Of a stretch of 41,308 nucleotides of DNA, positions 8,847 through 17,778 are shown one piece after another. Position 1 is the first letter of the stretch; each line of letters opens with the position of its first letter. The position numbers were made by a program, and so were the translations under genes. The DNA comes from an uncultured Vicinamibacteraceae bacterium (lineage in GTDB: Bacteria; Acidobacteriota; Vicinamibacteria; Vicinamibacterales; UBA8438): positions 1-41,308 of the forward strand of contig CAZWIL010000003.1 in NCBI GenBank assembly GCA_964634175.1, given 5' to 3'. The notes below the pieces were generated by a model. It searched no databases. It saw nothing but the letters and a program-made list of their open reading frames with translations, and had not been told where the DNA came from.

Positions 8847-10031
8847 TCAGTGAACCCTGATTTTTCGACGCCGGTCGATTTCATTCAGCGCCTGACGGGC
8901 CAAGCTTCCTACAGACGGACTCGGTTCATGATCGAAGACCTCAACTAAATGTTGATAGGCCGAAACAGGCTGACCAAATGCATTCAACTGAACCAGTCCT
9001 GCACCTAGATGAGCCTCAGCAGCCATTGGTCCCAGTGGATAGTCGCGCAGATGGCGCTGGTAAACGACTAGCGCCGCTCTCGAGTGACGGTTTTGTGCGA
9101 GCCAGTCGGCCAAAAGAATAGAAAGCCGTGGCGTTAAGAGTTGTCTTGAATCGTCAGAATCCACACGGAAATAAGCCTGAGCGGCTTCATCAAATCGACC
9201 CTCTTCAACCAAATCAGATACCAAATCGCCTTTCGAGAATGGCGCCTGTGACGGTACCTCACGGTACTCTTGGGGAGGGTTCAACACGTTACGGTGCCGC
9301 GCCCACCACGCCAAGCCCAATCCTCCCGCAAATCCGCCGATATGCGCGCCGTACGCTACACCACCACCAGCTCCACCTTGGCTAACTAGAAATGGAAGCA
9401 CATTCGAAAAGACCAAATAAAACCCCAATACGATTCTTGCCGGGAGCTTTATAACGTGCATGAAAAAAGGAAAGAAAAACACCCATACCCGGACGCGGTT
9501 GTGAGGAAACCATAGAAAATAGAATCCCAAAACCCCGGAAATCGCACCTGAAGCCCCAACAAGGGGCAACGCAGAACCCAGCGCAAACACACTGTGAAAT
9601 AGAGTGGCAGCAACACCTGTGATCAAATACGCAACCAGAAACAAACCATGGCCCAAGCGATGCTCTACGTTGTCACCGTAGATCCAGAGAAAGAGCATAT
9701 TGCCAGCCAGATGTGCGAAGCCGGCATGGAGAAACATTGACGTCAATAATGCACTTAGCACCGGCGCTGCCGGCCTGAATCCGTAGTCGAAGACGAAAAG
9801 ATCGTAAGCCGTTAACTGCTGGACGATTTCCGCCTCCGCCGACCGCCCCTGGGGAAAGGTCTCAAATAAAACCTGTAGATACTCTCTAAATAATGGATCG
9901 GCCGCATCGGGGCGCACGCCACTCATTGGCAGTGCAATCAAAAGATAAACTGCCGTATTGGCAGCAATCAGACCATATGTCATCCACGGAGTGCCACGCG
10001 GATTCGGTTCATCTCCAAGTGGGAGAAACAT
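8847..10031 (-). CDS. Rhomboid-family intramembrane serine protease with a C-terminal soluble TPR-like extension
   Basis: 394 aa. Rhomboid motifs are HAGFAHLAGNMLFLW, GASGAISGVLG and AHIGGFAGG. A helical tail of about 150 aa follows. Confidence 0.85.
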   Translation of the reverse strand: MFLPLGDEPNPRGTPWMTYGLIAANTAVYLLIALPMSGVRPDAADPLFREYLQVLFETFPQGRSAEAEIVQQLTAYDLFVFDYGFRPAAPVLSALLTSMFLHAGFAHLAGNMLFLWIYGDNVEHRLGHGLFLVAYLITGVAATLFHSVFALGSALPLVGASGAISGVLGFYFLWFPHNRVRVWVFFFPFFMHVIKLPARIVLGFYLVFSNVLPFLVSQGGAGGGVAYGAHIGGFAGGLGLAWWARHRNVLNPPQEYREVPSQAPFSKGDLVSDLVEEGRFDEAAQAYFRVDSDDSRQLLTPRLSILLADWLAQNRHSRAALVVYQRHLRDYPLGPMAAEAHLGAGLVQLNAFGQPVSAYQHLVEVFDHEPSPSVGSLARQALNEIDRRRKIRVH

Positions 10032-10034
10032 CGG

Positions 10035-10427
10035 CTAAAGGGACTTTAGTCGCTTCGCAATCTCATCGCGAACATCGCGAAAACATTGCAAACGGGCGTC
10101 TTGGTCTAAGGGCCCAGTCGCCGGGTCGGTGAGTGGCCAATGCATTTGTCGCGCACTCGTTAAGAAGATCGGACAGACCTCTTGTCGACAGAGGGTAATG
10201 ACCGTGTCAACCGCATCGGCATCCACCATGTCAACGCTCTTGGATGTTTGTTGACTGATGTCAATTCCGATTTCCTGCATGACTGTAACGGCTAACGGGT
10301 TGACACTCGAGGGATGAGATCCAGCACTCTGAACCCGTACGTTCTGACCAAATAATTGCCGCGCGAGACCTTCAGCCATCTGACTGCGTGCGGAATTTGC
10401 AACACACAGAAACAAAAGATCGTTCAT
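10035..10427 (-). CDS. Low-molecular-weight phosphatase family protein (ArsC-type arsenate reductase / LMW-PTP-like)
   Basis: 130 aa. The P-loop CX5R(S) motif reads [10 protein letters not shown] second Cys pair reads TLCRQEVCP. Its stop lies 3 nt before the rhomboid ATG. Confidence 0.8.
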   Translation of the reverse strand: MNDLLFLCVANSARSQMAEGLARQLFGQNVRVQSAGSHPSSVNPLAVTVMQEIGIDISQQTSKSVDMVDADAVDTVITLCRQEVCPIFLTSARQMHWPLTDPATGPLDQDARLQCFRDVRDEIAKRLKSL

Positions 10428-10455
10428 TCTCTCAGCGTGTCACCCTCTCAATAAC

Positions 10456-10473
10456 AGGGTTTGAGAAAACCCT
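10456..10473 (-). other. Short hairpin between the KamA-like and phosphatase genes
   Basis: AGGGTTT-GAGA-AAACCCT, a 7-bp stem with a 4-nt loop. It overlaps the KamA-like stop codon by 2 nt. There is no convincing U-tract, so it is not called a terminator. Confidence 0.25.
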
Positions 10474-11905
10474 ATTCCAGCAACATTTCAGTCAGTTCAA
10501 GTAATGAATGTTGGTGGCTCAGGTCCTTCGGCTCCTCAAAATAGAACTTCTGTTTTCCGAACGCCGGCCGCAAATCATCAAACCATGCCGCGTCTTCGTC
10601 AAGCTCAGCAAAAAAAGGTTTCCTTACCCAGTCCGGGTTGCGAGCCTGAACAAAATCACAAACCATCAACTGACGCTCCGGTTCACCTAACAACTCAAAA
10701 CCTGCAGACTCCCTGATCATATCGAGAAGATTCATGTCCATCATGTCCCGAAGCGTCACAACACCGAGAACTCGAACCTTTCCAGGAAACGCAGACATCG
10801 AGGGTCCGCGGACCGAGCGACACAACCCGGAGACCTGAGAGTAGGCCTCCTTAAATATCTGATAGGCGCGAACCAACGGAACCTCGAAATAATTCCGCGC
10901 TCCGGTGTCGCGTTCCACAAACATATAGTAGGGAATCAGACCCTGCCCAACACCTTTACTCCACAGACCCGCCCACGCCTCCGGTCGATCGTTGACGTGA
11001 CGAATCAACGGCCCCTGCATTCGAATCTGGGCCCCTGTGTTTCTTATTCGTCGAATCGCTTCGGTGGCCATGGAAGGTTCCAATTCGACAGGATGAGAAT
11101 AATGTCCCATCACCGCAAGATGTCGGCCCGCGTCAGCCACTTGCTCGAAAAGGTTGAGACAGTCGTCAGCATCTCTATCGGAAACAAAACGCTGTGGCCA
11201 ATAGGCAAGAGCCTTAGTGCCAATTCTGATGTTTTGGACATGTTCCAATTCCGGTACTAGCAGCGGCTCGATGTACCGGCGCAGAACAGTCGTTCGCATG
11301 ATCATCGGGTCGCCGCCTGTAATGAGCACATCGCTCACTTCAGGATGGACTTTCAGGTACTCCACAAGGTCATCAGTGTCATGCGCCTGAAACTTGAGAT
11401 CCTCACGGCCAACGAATTGCGCCCACCGGAAACAGTAAGTGCAATACGCATGACAAGTCTGACCGGGTGCTGGAAAGAACAGTACCGTCTCTGGGTATTT
11501 GTGCTGCAGCCCAGGGAGTGCTCGGCCATCCAACAGCGGAACGTTATGGGTCATTTGGCCGGCAGGATGCGGATTCAATGTTTCGCGAATTCGAGCTACT
11601 TCCGACGCAAGGTTCGTTGGCCCGTCACCATTCTCTAAGGCAGATTGAACACCTTCAAAATCGCGGTCCTCCAACATTCCACGCTGCGGGAACACTAATT
11701 GAAAAATGGGGTCGTCAGGTACCTTCGACCAGTCAATGAGACTATCGAGCACAAATTGATTGGTTCGAAACGGCAAGACTTCGCCCACAACCCTGATAGC
11801 CTGCTGCAATTCATCTTGCAGGAGACCCCATTGCGGCGTTTGGGAAATATTCCGCAGATCGATTGGTCGATAAGTTTCCGACGCTGTTTGAAAAGAAACG
11901 GCCAT
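10472..11905 (-). CDS. KamA-family (lysine 2,3-aminomutase-like) radical SAM protein
   Basis: 477 aa. The CxxxCxxC cluster reads CHAYCTYCFR. KamA-type strings are DDPIFQLVFP, LQHKYPETVLFF, ITGGDP and IPYYMFVERDTGA. The N- and C-terminal regions are longer than in EpmB-size homologs. Confidence 0.85.
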   Translation of the reverse strand: MAVSFQTASETYRPIDLRNISQTPQWGLLQDELQQAIRVVGEVLPFRTNQFVLDSLIDWSKVPDDPIFQLVFPQRGMLEDRDFEGVQSALENGDGPTNLASEVARIRETLNPHPAGQMTHNVPLLDGRALPGLQHKYPETVLFFPAPGQTCHAYCTYCFRWAQFVGREDLKFQAHDTDDLVEYLKVHPEVSDVLITGGDPMIMRTTVLRRYIEPLLVPELEHVQNIRIGTKALAYWPQRFVSDRDADDCLNLFEQVADAGRHLAVMGHYSHPVELEPSMATEAIRRIRNTGAQIRMQGPLIRHVNDRPEAWAGLWSKGVGQGLIPYYMFVERDTGARNYFEVPLVRAYQIFKEAYSQVSGLCRSVRGPSMSAFPGKVRVLGVVTLRDMMDMNLLDMIRESAGFELLGEPERQLMVCDFVQARNPDWVRKPFFAELDEDAAWFDDLRPAFGKQKFYFEEPKDLSHQHSLLELTEMLLE

Positions 11906-12121
11906 ATCTTTAATGTCTATTAAAACGTCTTCGACCGACTCAGTCGCCAGTCGTTAATAGTCGAAATACAGGGATAATAAGAGTAACGTACTCTCGCAAC
12001 GCTGTGTCAAAACCACTGGTTTCAATGAATTAGATCCATACCCAAGAAAAGCTATGGTCCGCACATTTCTGTCGATTTACAGTCGGAAACACTCATTTCT
12101 AAGTCCTAAACGAGGAAACAC

Positions 12122-13366
12122 GTGAATTTCTTTTCTGCCCTCATCATCATTGCACTCATCGTTGAATTCATTCTGTCAACTTTGTCTAATAGGCTGACGT
12201 TGCGAGCTCTCAGCCCCACACTACCAACTGAGTTCTCTGATGTCTTCGACGCAGAACGATATGCCCAAAGCCAAAATTACACCCGCAGTCGAGCCAACTT
12301 CGGCTTGCTTCGTAATGCGATCAACCTCGCTGCTGTACTGGCCGTGTGGCACCTTGGCGGATTCGAATGGCTCGACCAAGGAGTCCGAGGATTCGGATTT
12401 GGCGCCATTCCGACCGGACTCATGTATTTCGGGGCCCTAGGTCTGGGCTCACTGCTACTAGGACTACCCTTCGGACTTTATGGCACCTTCGTAATTGAAG
12501 CTAAGTTCGGCTTTAATCGAACCACTTTCCTCACCTTCATCACTGATTTTGTAAAGGGTGCCATCCTGACCGTGTCTCTCGGCGGAATCTTGATGACTGG
12601 GGTGCTCTTTTTCTTCCAATGGGCTGAATCATCGGCTTGGCTATGGTGTTGGGCTGCAGCAACCCTCTTCCTCTTGACTGTCCAGTTTGTCGCACCCACT
12701 TTGATCATGCCTTTGTTTAACAAATTTACTCCACTCGAAGAGGGTTCCCTCCGAACCTCGATCGTGTCGTACGCCGAGTCAGTTACATTTCCGCTCAGGG
12801 ACATTTTCGTCGTCGACGGTTCCAAACGTTCTTCAAAAGCCAATGCCTTTTTCACTGGCTTCGGCGGCAACAAAAGAATTGGTCTGTTCGACACGCTCGT
12901 CGAGCACTACTCTGTCCCAGAACTGGTAGCCGTGGTGGCCCACGAAGTTGGTCACTACAAGAAAGGACACCTTCTAAAGGGATTGTTAGTCCAAATCCTT
13001 TACCAGGGAATGCTCTTCTTCTTGCTGTCCCTCGTACTGGAAAACGACTTGCTGTTCGACGCGTTTTACATGACTGAAACGTCGGTCTATGCAAGTTTCG
13101 TGTTTTTTGGATTATTACTCACGCCGGTCGATCTCATACTCTCCATGTATGTCAATGCAAGCTCTCGAAAGCACGAGTTTGAGGCCGATGCTTTTGCATC
13201 CGCCACGACAGGACACGGCAAAGATTTAATCAGCGCACTCAAGAAACTCTCAGCGGACAGTCTGGCAAATTTGACGCCACACCCACTAGATGTGTTTCTT
13301 CACTATTCCCATCCACCAGTGACACAGCGGATTGCCATGCTGCGACAGATTTCAGCAGACGACTAG
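12122..13366 (+). CDS. M48 family zinc metalloprotease, Ste24 (CAAX prenyl protease 1)-like
   Basis: 414 aa with a GTG start preceded by GAGGA. It is polytopic and carries HEVGHYKKGH (HExxH) and SRKHEFEADAFA. Confidence 0.9.
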   Translation: MNFFSALIIIALIVEFILSTLSNRLTLRALSPTLPTEFSDVFDAERYAQSQNYTRSRANFGLLRNAINLAAVLAVWHLGGFEWLDQGVRGFGFGAIPTGLMYFGALGLGSLLLGLPFGLYGTFVIEAKFGFNRTTFLTFITDFVKGAILTVSLGGILMTGVLFFFQWAESSAWLWCWAAATLFLLTVQFVAPTLIMPLFNKFTPLEEGSLRTSIVSYAESVTFPLRDIFVVDGSKRSSKANAFFTGFGGNKRIGLFDTLVEHYSVPELVAVVAHEVGHYKKGHLLKGLLVQILYQGMLFFLLSLVLENDLLFDAFYMTETSVYASFVFFGLLLTPVDLILSMYVNASSRKHEFEADAFASATTGHGKDLISALKKLSADSLANLTPHPLDVFLHYSHPPVTQRIAMLRQISADD

Positions 13367-13382
13367 CATTCATTGTGAATGC
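13366..13382. terminator. Weak hairpin between convergent genes
   Basis: GCATTCA-TTG-TGAATGC, a 7-bp AT-rich stem with a 3-nt loop, in the 39-bp gap between the Ste24-like and M28 stops. Confidence 0.2.
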
Positions 13383-13405
13383 CGCACACCAAATTACCAC
13401 TGACA

Positions 13406-15067
13406 CTACGGGCGTTGACGATCACGAAGTGCCCTAAACTCCGAGGTCGCACTCCACTGCGGCCACGCATCACTGTCCGCAAGAGTGGTTCCGAGTTCAT
13501 ACATAAAGTTCAGGTCCTCAACCGCGCCCGAGAGGTCCCAATCCGCCTTCATTTCGTCTGACACTTTGTGGTAATCATTGGTGGTGTACTCCTCCCGCTT
13601 GACGATGCCGTAGCCATCGGGTTTGTCCAAATATTCAATGCCTGGGTCGGCATAGAAGGCCGGAATACCGGCCTTTGCAAAGGAAAAGTGATCCGACCGA
13701 TAGTAGAACCCCTTCTCAGGCTCCGGGTCTGGACTAAGCGTACGCCCTAGTCGCTCCGCAACCGCCTCTGCATACAGATCAAGCTCTGATTGACCCATCC
13801 CAACAATCGTTAAATCTCGAGTTCGCCCCCACTGATTTAGAACATCCATATTAAACGCTGCCACCGTTTGGCCAGGTGGGTACAGCGGATTCTCACCGTA
13901 ATGCTTAGACCCCAACAGTCCCTGTTCTTCTGCAGTCACAGCAAGAAAGACAATCGAGCGCCGAGGGCGCGCTTCGGCTTCAGTGAAGGCTCTCGCCAAT
14001 TCGATCAGTCCCGCAGTTCCGGTAGCGTTGTCAGCGGCACCGTTGTAGACCTGATCGCCTTCAAGGGCCTCATCTCGCCCGAGATGATCCCAGTGAGCTA
14101 CGTACATCACAATCTCATCGGACGCGCTGCTACCGTCAAGTTTCGCAATAAAATTCTCAGAATCAATTGTCCGAAGAGAATTTCGAACCTGCGTGTGGCC
14201 ATTCACCTTCAAAGGGACTGGCTGAAAAGAACGGTCAGCGGCCCTCGCCTTTAACTCGTCAAAGTCCAATCCTGCCATTGCAACAATCTGTTCGGCGGCC
14301 GACCGCTGAAGCCAACCTTCCACTGAGGCCCGGCTCAGATTATTGTCAGCCGCGACGAGGTCAAATGACTCGCCAAAAGGACTGCTCCCGACCACTTCCC
14401 ATGGATACCCGGCTGGTCCGGGCTCATGTATGACGAACGAGCCAGCCGCTCCTCGTTCGGCCGCAATCTCGTGTTTGTACGTCCAGCGACCGTAGTAGGT
14501 CATAGCCGACCCACCGAACACGTCATTCAAGGGTGGGTCGTTCACTAAGAAAAGTAGAATCTTTCCCTCAACATCTACATCGCCAAAATCGTCCCATTCA
14601 TACTCCGGCGCGACGGCTCCGTAGCCCACAAAGACAAATTCTGCGTTGATCTCGACTTGATCGACCACGTGCTTCGTCCATGCTACATAGTCCCTGCCTG
14701 GCTCCAATTCACGTGAGTCACCGTCCGTCGTTACCTGAAATTCACTCCCCGCCAGAGGTGTAATTCCAACGAGCGGAACACCCTGCACCCAACTACCGTC
14801 AGGGTTCCCAGGCGCTAAACCTAGGTCCGCAAACTGTTCAGTTAGGTATGCAATCGTGAGAACCTCACCCGGTGACCCAGGGGCGCGACCACCAAATTCA
14901 TCTGACGAGAGGATTTCAATCTCGGCCATGAGCGTCGTGGCGTCGATACCCGGTGCCACCGCCGACGGGACCATCTTAGAACTTACGGACACGGAATCGT
15001 CATCTCCATTCCCACCGCAAGCGGTGATGAATAACGAGACAACCATCAACGTTAAACGTGCTTTCAC
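13406..15067 (-). CDS. M28 family aminopeptidase-like lipoprotein with a PA domain
   Basis: 553 aa. The lipobox reads LFITAC-GG. M28 metal-ligand strings are HWDHLG, AADNATGTAGLIELAR, AEEQGLLGS and SDHFSF. Confidence 0.85.
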   Translation of the reverse strand: MKARLTLMVVSLFITACGGNGDDDSVSVSSKMVPSAVAPGIDATTLMAEIEILSSDEFGGRAPGSPGEVLTIAYLTEQFADLGLAPGNPDGSWVQGVPLVGITPLAGSEFQVTTDGDSRELEPGRDYVAWTKHVVDQVEINAEFVFVGYGAVAPEYEWDDFGDVDVEGKILLFLVNDPPLNDVFGGSAMTYYGRWTYKHEIAAERGAAGSFVIHEPGPAGYPWEVVGSSPFGESFDLVAADNNLSRASVEGWLQRSAAEQIVAMAGLDFDELKARAADRSFQPVPLKVNGHTQVRNSLRTIDSENFIAKLDGSSASDEIVMYVAHWDHLGRDEALEGDQVYNGAADNATGTAGLIELARAFTEAEARPRRSIVFLAVTAEEQGLLGSKHYGENPLYPPGQTVAAFNMDVLNQWGRTRDLTIVGMGQSELDLYAEAVAERLGRTLSPDPEPEKGFYYRSDHFSFAKAGIPAFYADPGIEYLDKPDGYGIVKREEYTTNDYHKVSDEMKADWDLSGAVEDLNFMYELGTTLADSDAWPQWSATSEFRALRDRQRP

Positions 15068-15194
15068 TCCAGCCTCCTGCTTAATTCGAAACGGTTTTCA
15101 AACCGTAAACAGCCTACCTCACTTGACCGTTCAACCTCAGATAATTTCGAACACTGTAGAACGGCGACAAATCTCGGTATAGACTGCTCCGACG

Positions 15195-16184
15195 ATGAGT
15201 ATGAACTACACACGGCGGGAGTGGCTCGCGACCGTGGGTACTGCAAGTCTCGCGTCCGCAGTCCGGCCACTGGCTATCACTGCTGAAACAAAACCACTGC
15301 AGGGTGCCTTTATAATCCTGAGCACACCATACACAATCGAAGGCACTCTCCATTACGAGGATCTTTCAACAGAGGTTGATTTTCTTGACCGTTGTGGCGT
15401 TCATGGCCTTGTCTGGCCACAAAACTCCAGCGAGCAGCGCTATCTTTCGAAGGCAGAACGTCTCAGAGGCATGGAGGTGATTGCCGAGGCAGCACGTGGC
15501 AAGCAACCCGCGGTCGTCTTTGGTGTCCAAGCGGACAGCACCGGAGAGATGCTTGAGTACGCTCATCATGCTGAATCGCTCAACCCAGACGGCATGATCG
15601 CCATTCCACCGACGTCCGCACGTTCGCTGAAGGATTTTCAAGAGTACTACGAAGCACTCTGCCAAGTGACATCGCGACCAGTCTTCATTCAAACAAGTGG
15701 CGGCGCACCAGATGTTGAACCAACCGTCGAATTCATTGTCAACATGGCAAGTGAGTTTCCAAATCTTGGCTACGTGAAAGAAGAACGTGAGCCGGTCCAT
15801 AAGCGGATGCGAGACCTGGCAGAACATCGCCCCCAGCGAATCAAGCGGATTTTTGGAGCTGCGTTCGGTCGGGCGTGGCTGTACGAGATGAGACTCGGCA
15901 CTGATGGCATAATGACCGGCGGCGCGATGTACGCTGACATCTATGCCCAGTTATGGGAACTGCATCGATCTGGGGATTTAACAGCGCTCCGAGAGTTGTA
16001 TAGCAAGCTACTCTTGATGTTGAACCTAGATGCAACCATCCCAGGAATCCGACTCTACATGCTCAAGCGCCGTGGGATTTTTTCGACCACAAAGTCGCGA
16101 CGGGGCAACTATTCCTTTTCAGCTCCCGACATCGCCGAGATCGAATATCGCTGGGAGGGACTACAAGCTTATCTACGAGCGTGA
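15195..16184 (+). CDS. Dihydrodipicolinate synthase (DapA/NAL) family class I aldolase-like protein with a twin-arginine signal
   Basis: 329 aa. The N-terminus reads TRREWLATVGTASLASAV..AITA. The body resembles the DapA-family TIM barrel, and the LGYVKEE string supplies a candidate Schiff-base Lys. Confidence 0.7.
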   Translation: MSMNYTRREWLATVGTASLASAVRPLAITAETKPLQGAFIILSTPYTIEGTLHYEDLSTEVDFLDRCGVHGLVWPQNSSEQRYLSKAERLRGMEVIAEAARGKQPAVVFGVQADSTGEMLEYAHHAESLNPDGMIAIPPTSARSLKDFQEYYEALCQVTSRPVFIQTSGGAPDVEPTVEFIVNMASEFPNLGYVKEEREPVHKRMRDLAEHRPQRIKRIFGAAFGRAWLYEMRLGTDGIMTGGAMYADIYAQLWELHRSGDLTALRELYSKLLLMLNLDATIPGIRLYMLKRRGIFSTTKSRRGNYSFSAPDIAEIEYRWEGLQAYLRA

Positions 16185-16188
16185 CACT

Positions 16189-16848
16189 TTAAGAGAACAC
16201 CGTGGTCAACCAATCGCCGATGTGTTTAATTTCTTCAAAACACACCTCATGACCCATTGGGTATTCATGCCACTCAACTTGGTAGCCGGCATCCAGCAAC
16301 CATTGATGACTCTGCTGTCCTAGGATGTGCGGCACAATTGGGTCGGCCGTTCCATGCGCCTGAAAAATCAGCGGCTTGGGCATCTTCGCGGCAAGGGGTT
16401 CGAGCTCCTGGTCAAGCGGGAGATACCCGGACAAGCAAATCAACCCGCCGAGTAATTCTGGACGCCGAAGCCCAGCAAATAGCGTCATCGCGCCACCTTG
16501 TGAAAATCCCGCCAGAACAATCCGCTGCGGAGCAATGCCACGGTCCACTTCGTGGGTCACGAGTTCGTCAATCCAAGCAGCCGACTGGCGGATGCCCTGT
16601 TCATCCTGGTCGCGTCGATCGAATCCAGTCACGTCGTACCAGGCCCGCATAACCATGCCATTGTTAATGGTGATCGGGCGCTTCGGTGCGTTAGGAAAAA
16701 TAAAGCGGACCGCTAAGTCCGATGACAATTCCAACTGAGGAATGATTGGTCGGAAATCATTCGCATCAGCCCCAAGGCCATGCATCCAGATCACCGAAGC
16801 CGTAGCGGGCTTGTCGGGTCCAACTTCGACTGTTTCGAGATAAGGCAA
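16189..16848 (-). CDS. Phospholipase/carboxylesterase family alpha/beta hydrolase
   Basis: 219 aa. It has the nucleophile elbow GFSQGG, plus HG..D and YPMGHEV. It lies 6 nt downstream of the DUF4159 gene. Confidence 0.85.
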   Translation of the reverse strand: MPYLETVEVGPDKPATASVIWMHGLGADANDFRPIIPQLELSSDLAVRFIFPNAPKRPITINNGMVMRAWYDVTGFDRRDQDEQGIRQSAAWIDELVTHEVDRGIAPQRIVLAGFSQGGAMTLFAGLRRPELLGGLICLSGYLPLDQELEPLAAKMPKPLIFQAHGTADPIVPHILGQQSHQWLLDAGYQVEWHEYPMGHEVCFEEIKHIGDWLTTVFS

Positions 16849-16854
16849 GGTTGA

Positions 16855-17667
16855 TTAATGACTCATGGCGTGCACGACGATGTTGATCCCAAGTTCGTAG
16901 GCATCGACTGAAAACCGATAAAAGAACTCATAATCCTCACCTTCACGTTCCCATCCATCGGCAATATCTGTGTTGTGACTCATCAAGACGAGAATACGGT
17001 CGTTCTCATCTGTGATTGCTCGCAAATGAACATCGTCACTTCGTAAGCCACGCTCAGACGTGGTCACCCCTCCACTGCGTCGCCAATGCTGGATCGAAGG
17101 GATTTGTGGTATCTCAAGCACCTCGAACATCGTTTTGTGCATGGGATGGTTCATCGGAATATCGACAACCGGATAGTCGGCAAGAGGAAGAGCCTTTCTA
17201 AGTTCGCCGATCCACTGGTCCCACGCGTGTGGTCCCCAGAAATCATCCACCCACAGAAACCCACCCTTAAGCAGATACTCCCTCAGCCTGACTGCCTCCT
17301 CATCACTGAGCCAAAGAGTTCCAACATCTGACATAAACAAAAAGGGGTAGTTGAAAAGTTTCGGGTCGTCCAAAGTAACGACAACATGATCAGGGGTATT
17401 TCGGTGATCGAACCCTACGCTCGTCGTGGTTAATTCCGAAAGCCGAACCATCAGGTTTTGATCTGCCGTGGGATAGTCCGTATACCATCCCTGTCCGCCG
17501 GGTTCTCTTCGGTCACTCTGATACAGCACCCGCGAAAACGTGAAATCTCTATGAGAAAGAAACTCAGCTGGAAATTTGGGAGGCGTCCGCCGCCAACCCC
17601 ATTGGGCCAAGCCACTCGCGCTACCGATGAGTACCAGGGATACAGCAATCGCGATAAACCGTTTCAC
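16855..17667 (-). CDS. DUF4159 domain protein, secreted (paralog 1 of 3)
   Basis: 270 aa. The signal peptide reads MKRFIAIAVSLVLIGSASGLA. Motifs shared with 25444-26274 and 29643-30566 are FPFLFMSDVG, YLLKGGFLWVDDFWG and a C-terminal VHAMSH. Confidence 0.8.
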   Translation of the reverse strand: MKRFIAIAVSLVLIGSASGLAQWGWRRTPPKFPAEFLSHRDFTFSRVLYQSDRREPGGQGWYTDYPTADQNLMVRLSELTTTSVGFDHRNTPDHVVVTLDDPKLFNYPFLFMSDVGTLWLSDEEAVRLREYLLKGGFLWVDDFWGPHAWDQWIGELRKALPLADYPVVDIPMNHPMHKTMFEVLEIPQIPSIQHWRRSGGVTTSERGLRSDDVHLRAITDENDRILVLMSHNTDIADGWEREGEDYEFFYRFSVDAYELGINIVVHAMSH

Positions 17668-17778
17668 AGTGAGCTCTATTAAATCGTTGCGGTTAGCGAA
17701 ACAGAAGTCGGCCGCGGCTCTAAACTAAACTGAAAGATTCGTTCTTCTCAAATTCGAATTCCGATGGCGATATGACTA

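Noticed and set aside
10035-10427. Arsenic-resistance island inferred from the ArsC-like gene
   Set aside because: There is no arsR, arsB/acr3, arsA or arsD nearby. The protein could equally be a LMW protein-tyrosine phosphatase, so no ars operon is claimed.
5127-13366. Eukaryote-like CAAX-processing pair (Ste24-type protease plus ICMT-like DUF1295 membrane protein)
   Set aside because: The genes are more than 6 kb apart, in different operons, and separated by unrelated genes and a tRNA. DUF1295 is better explained by its conserved association with the cfa/DUF1365 cluster.
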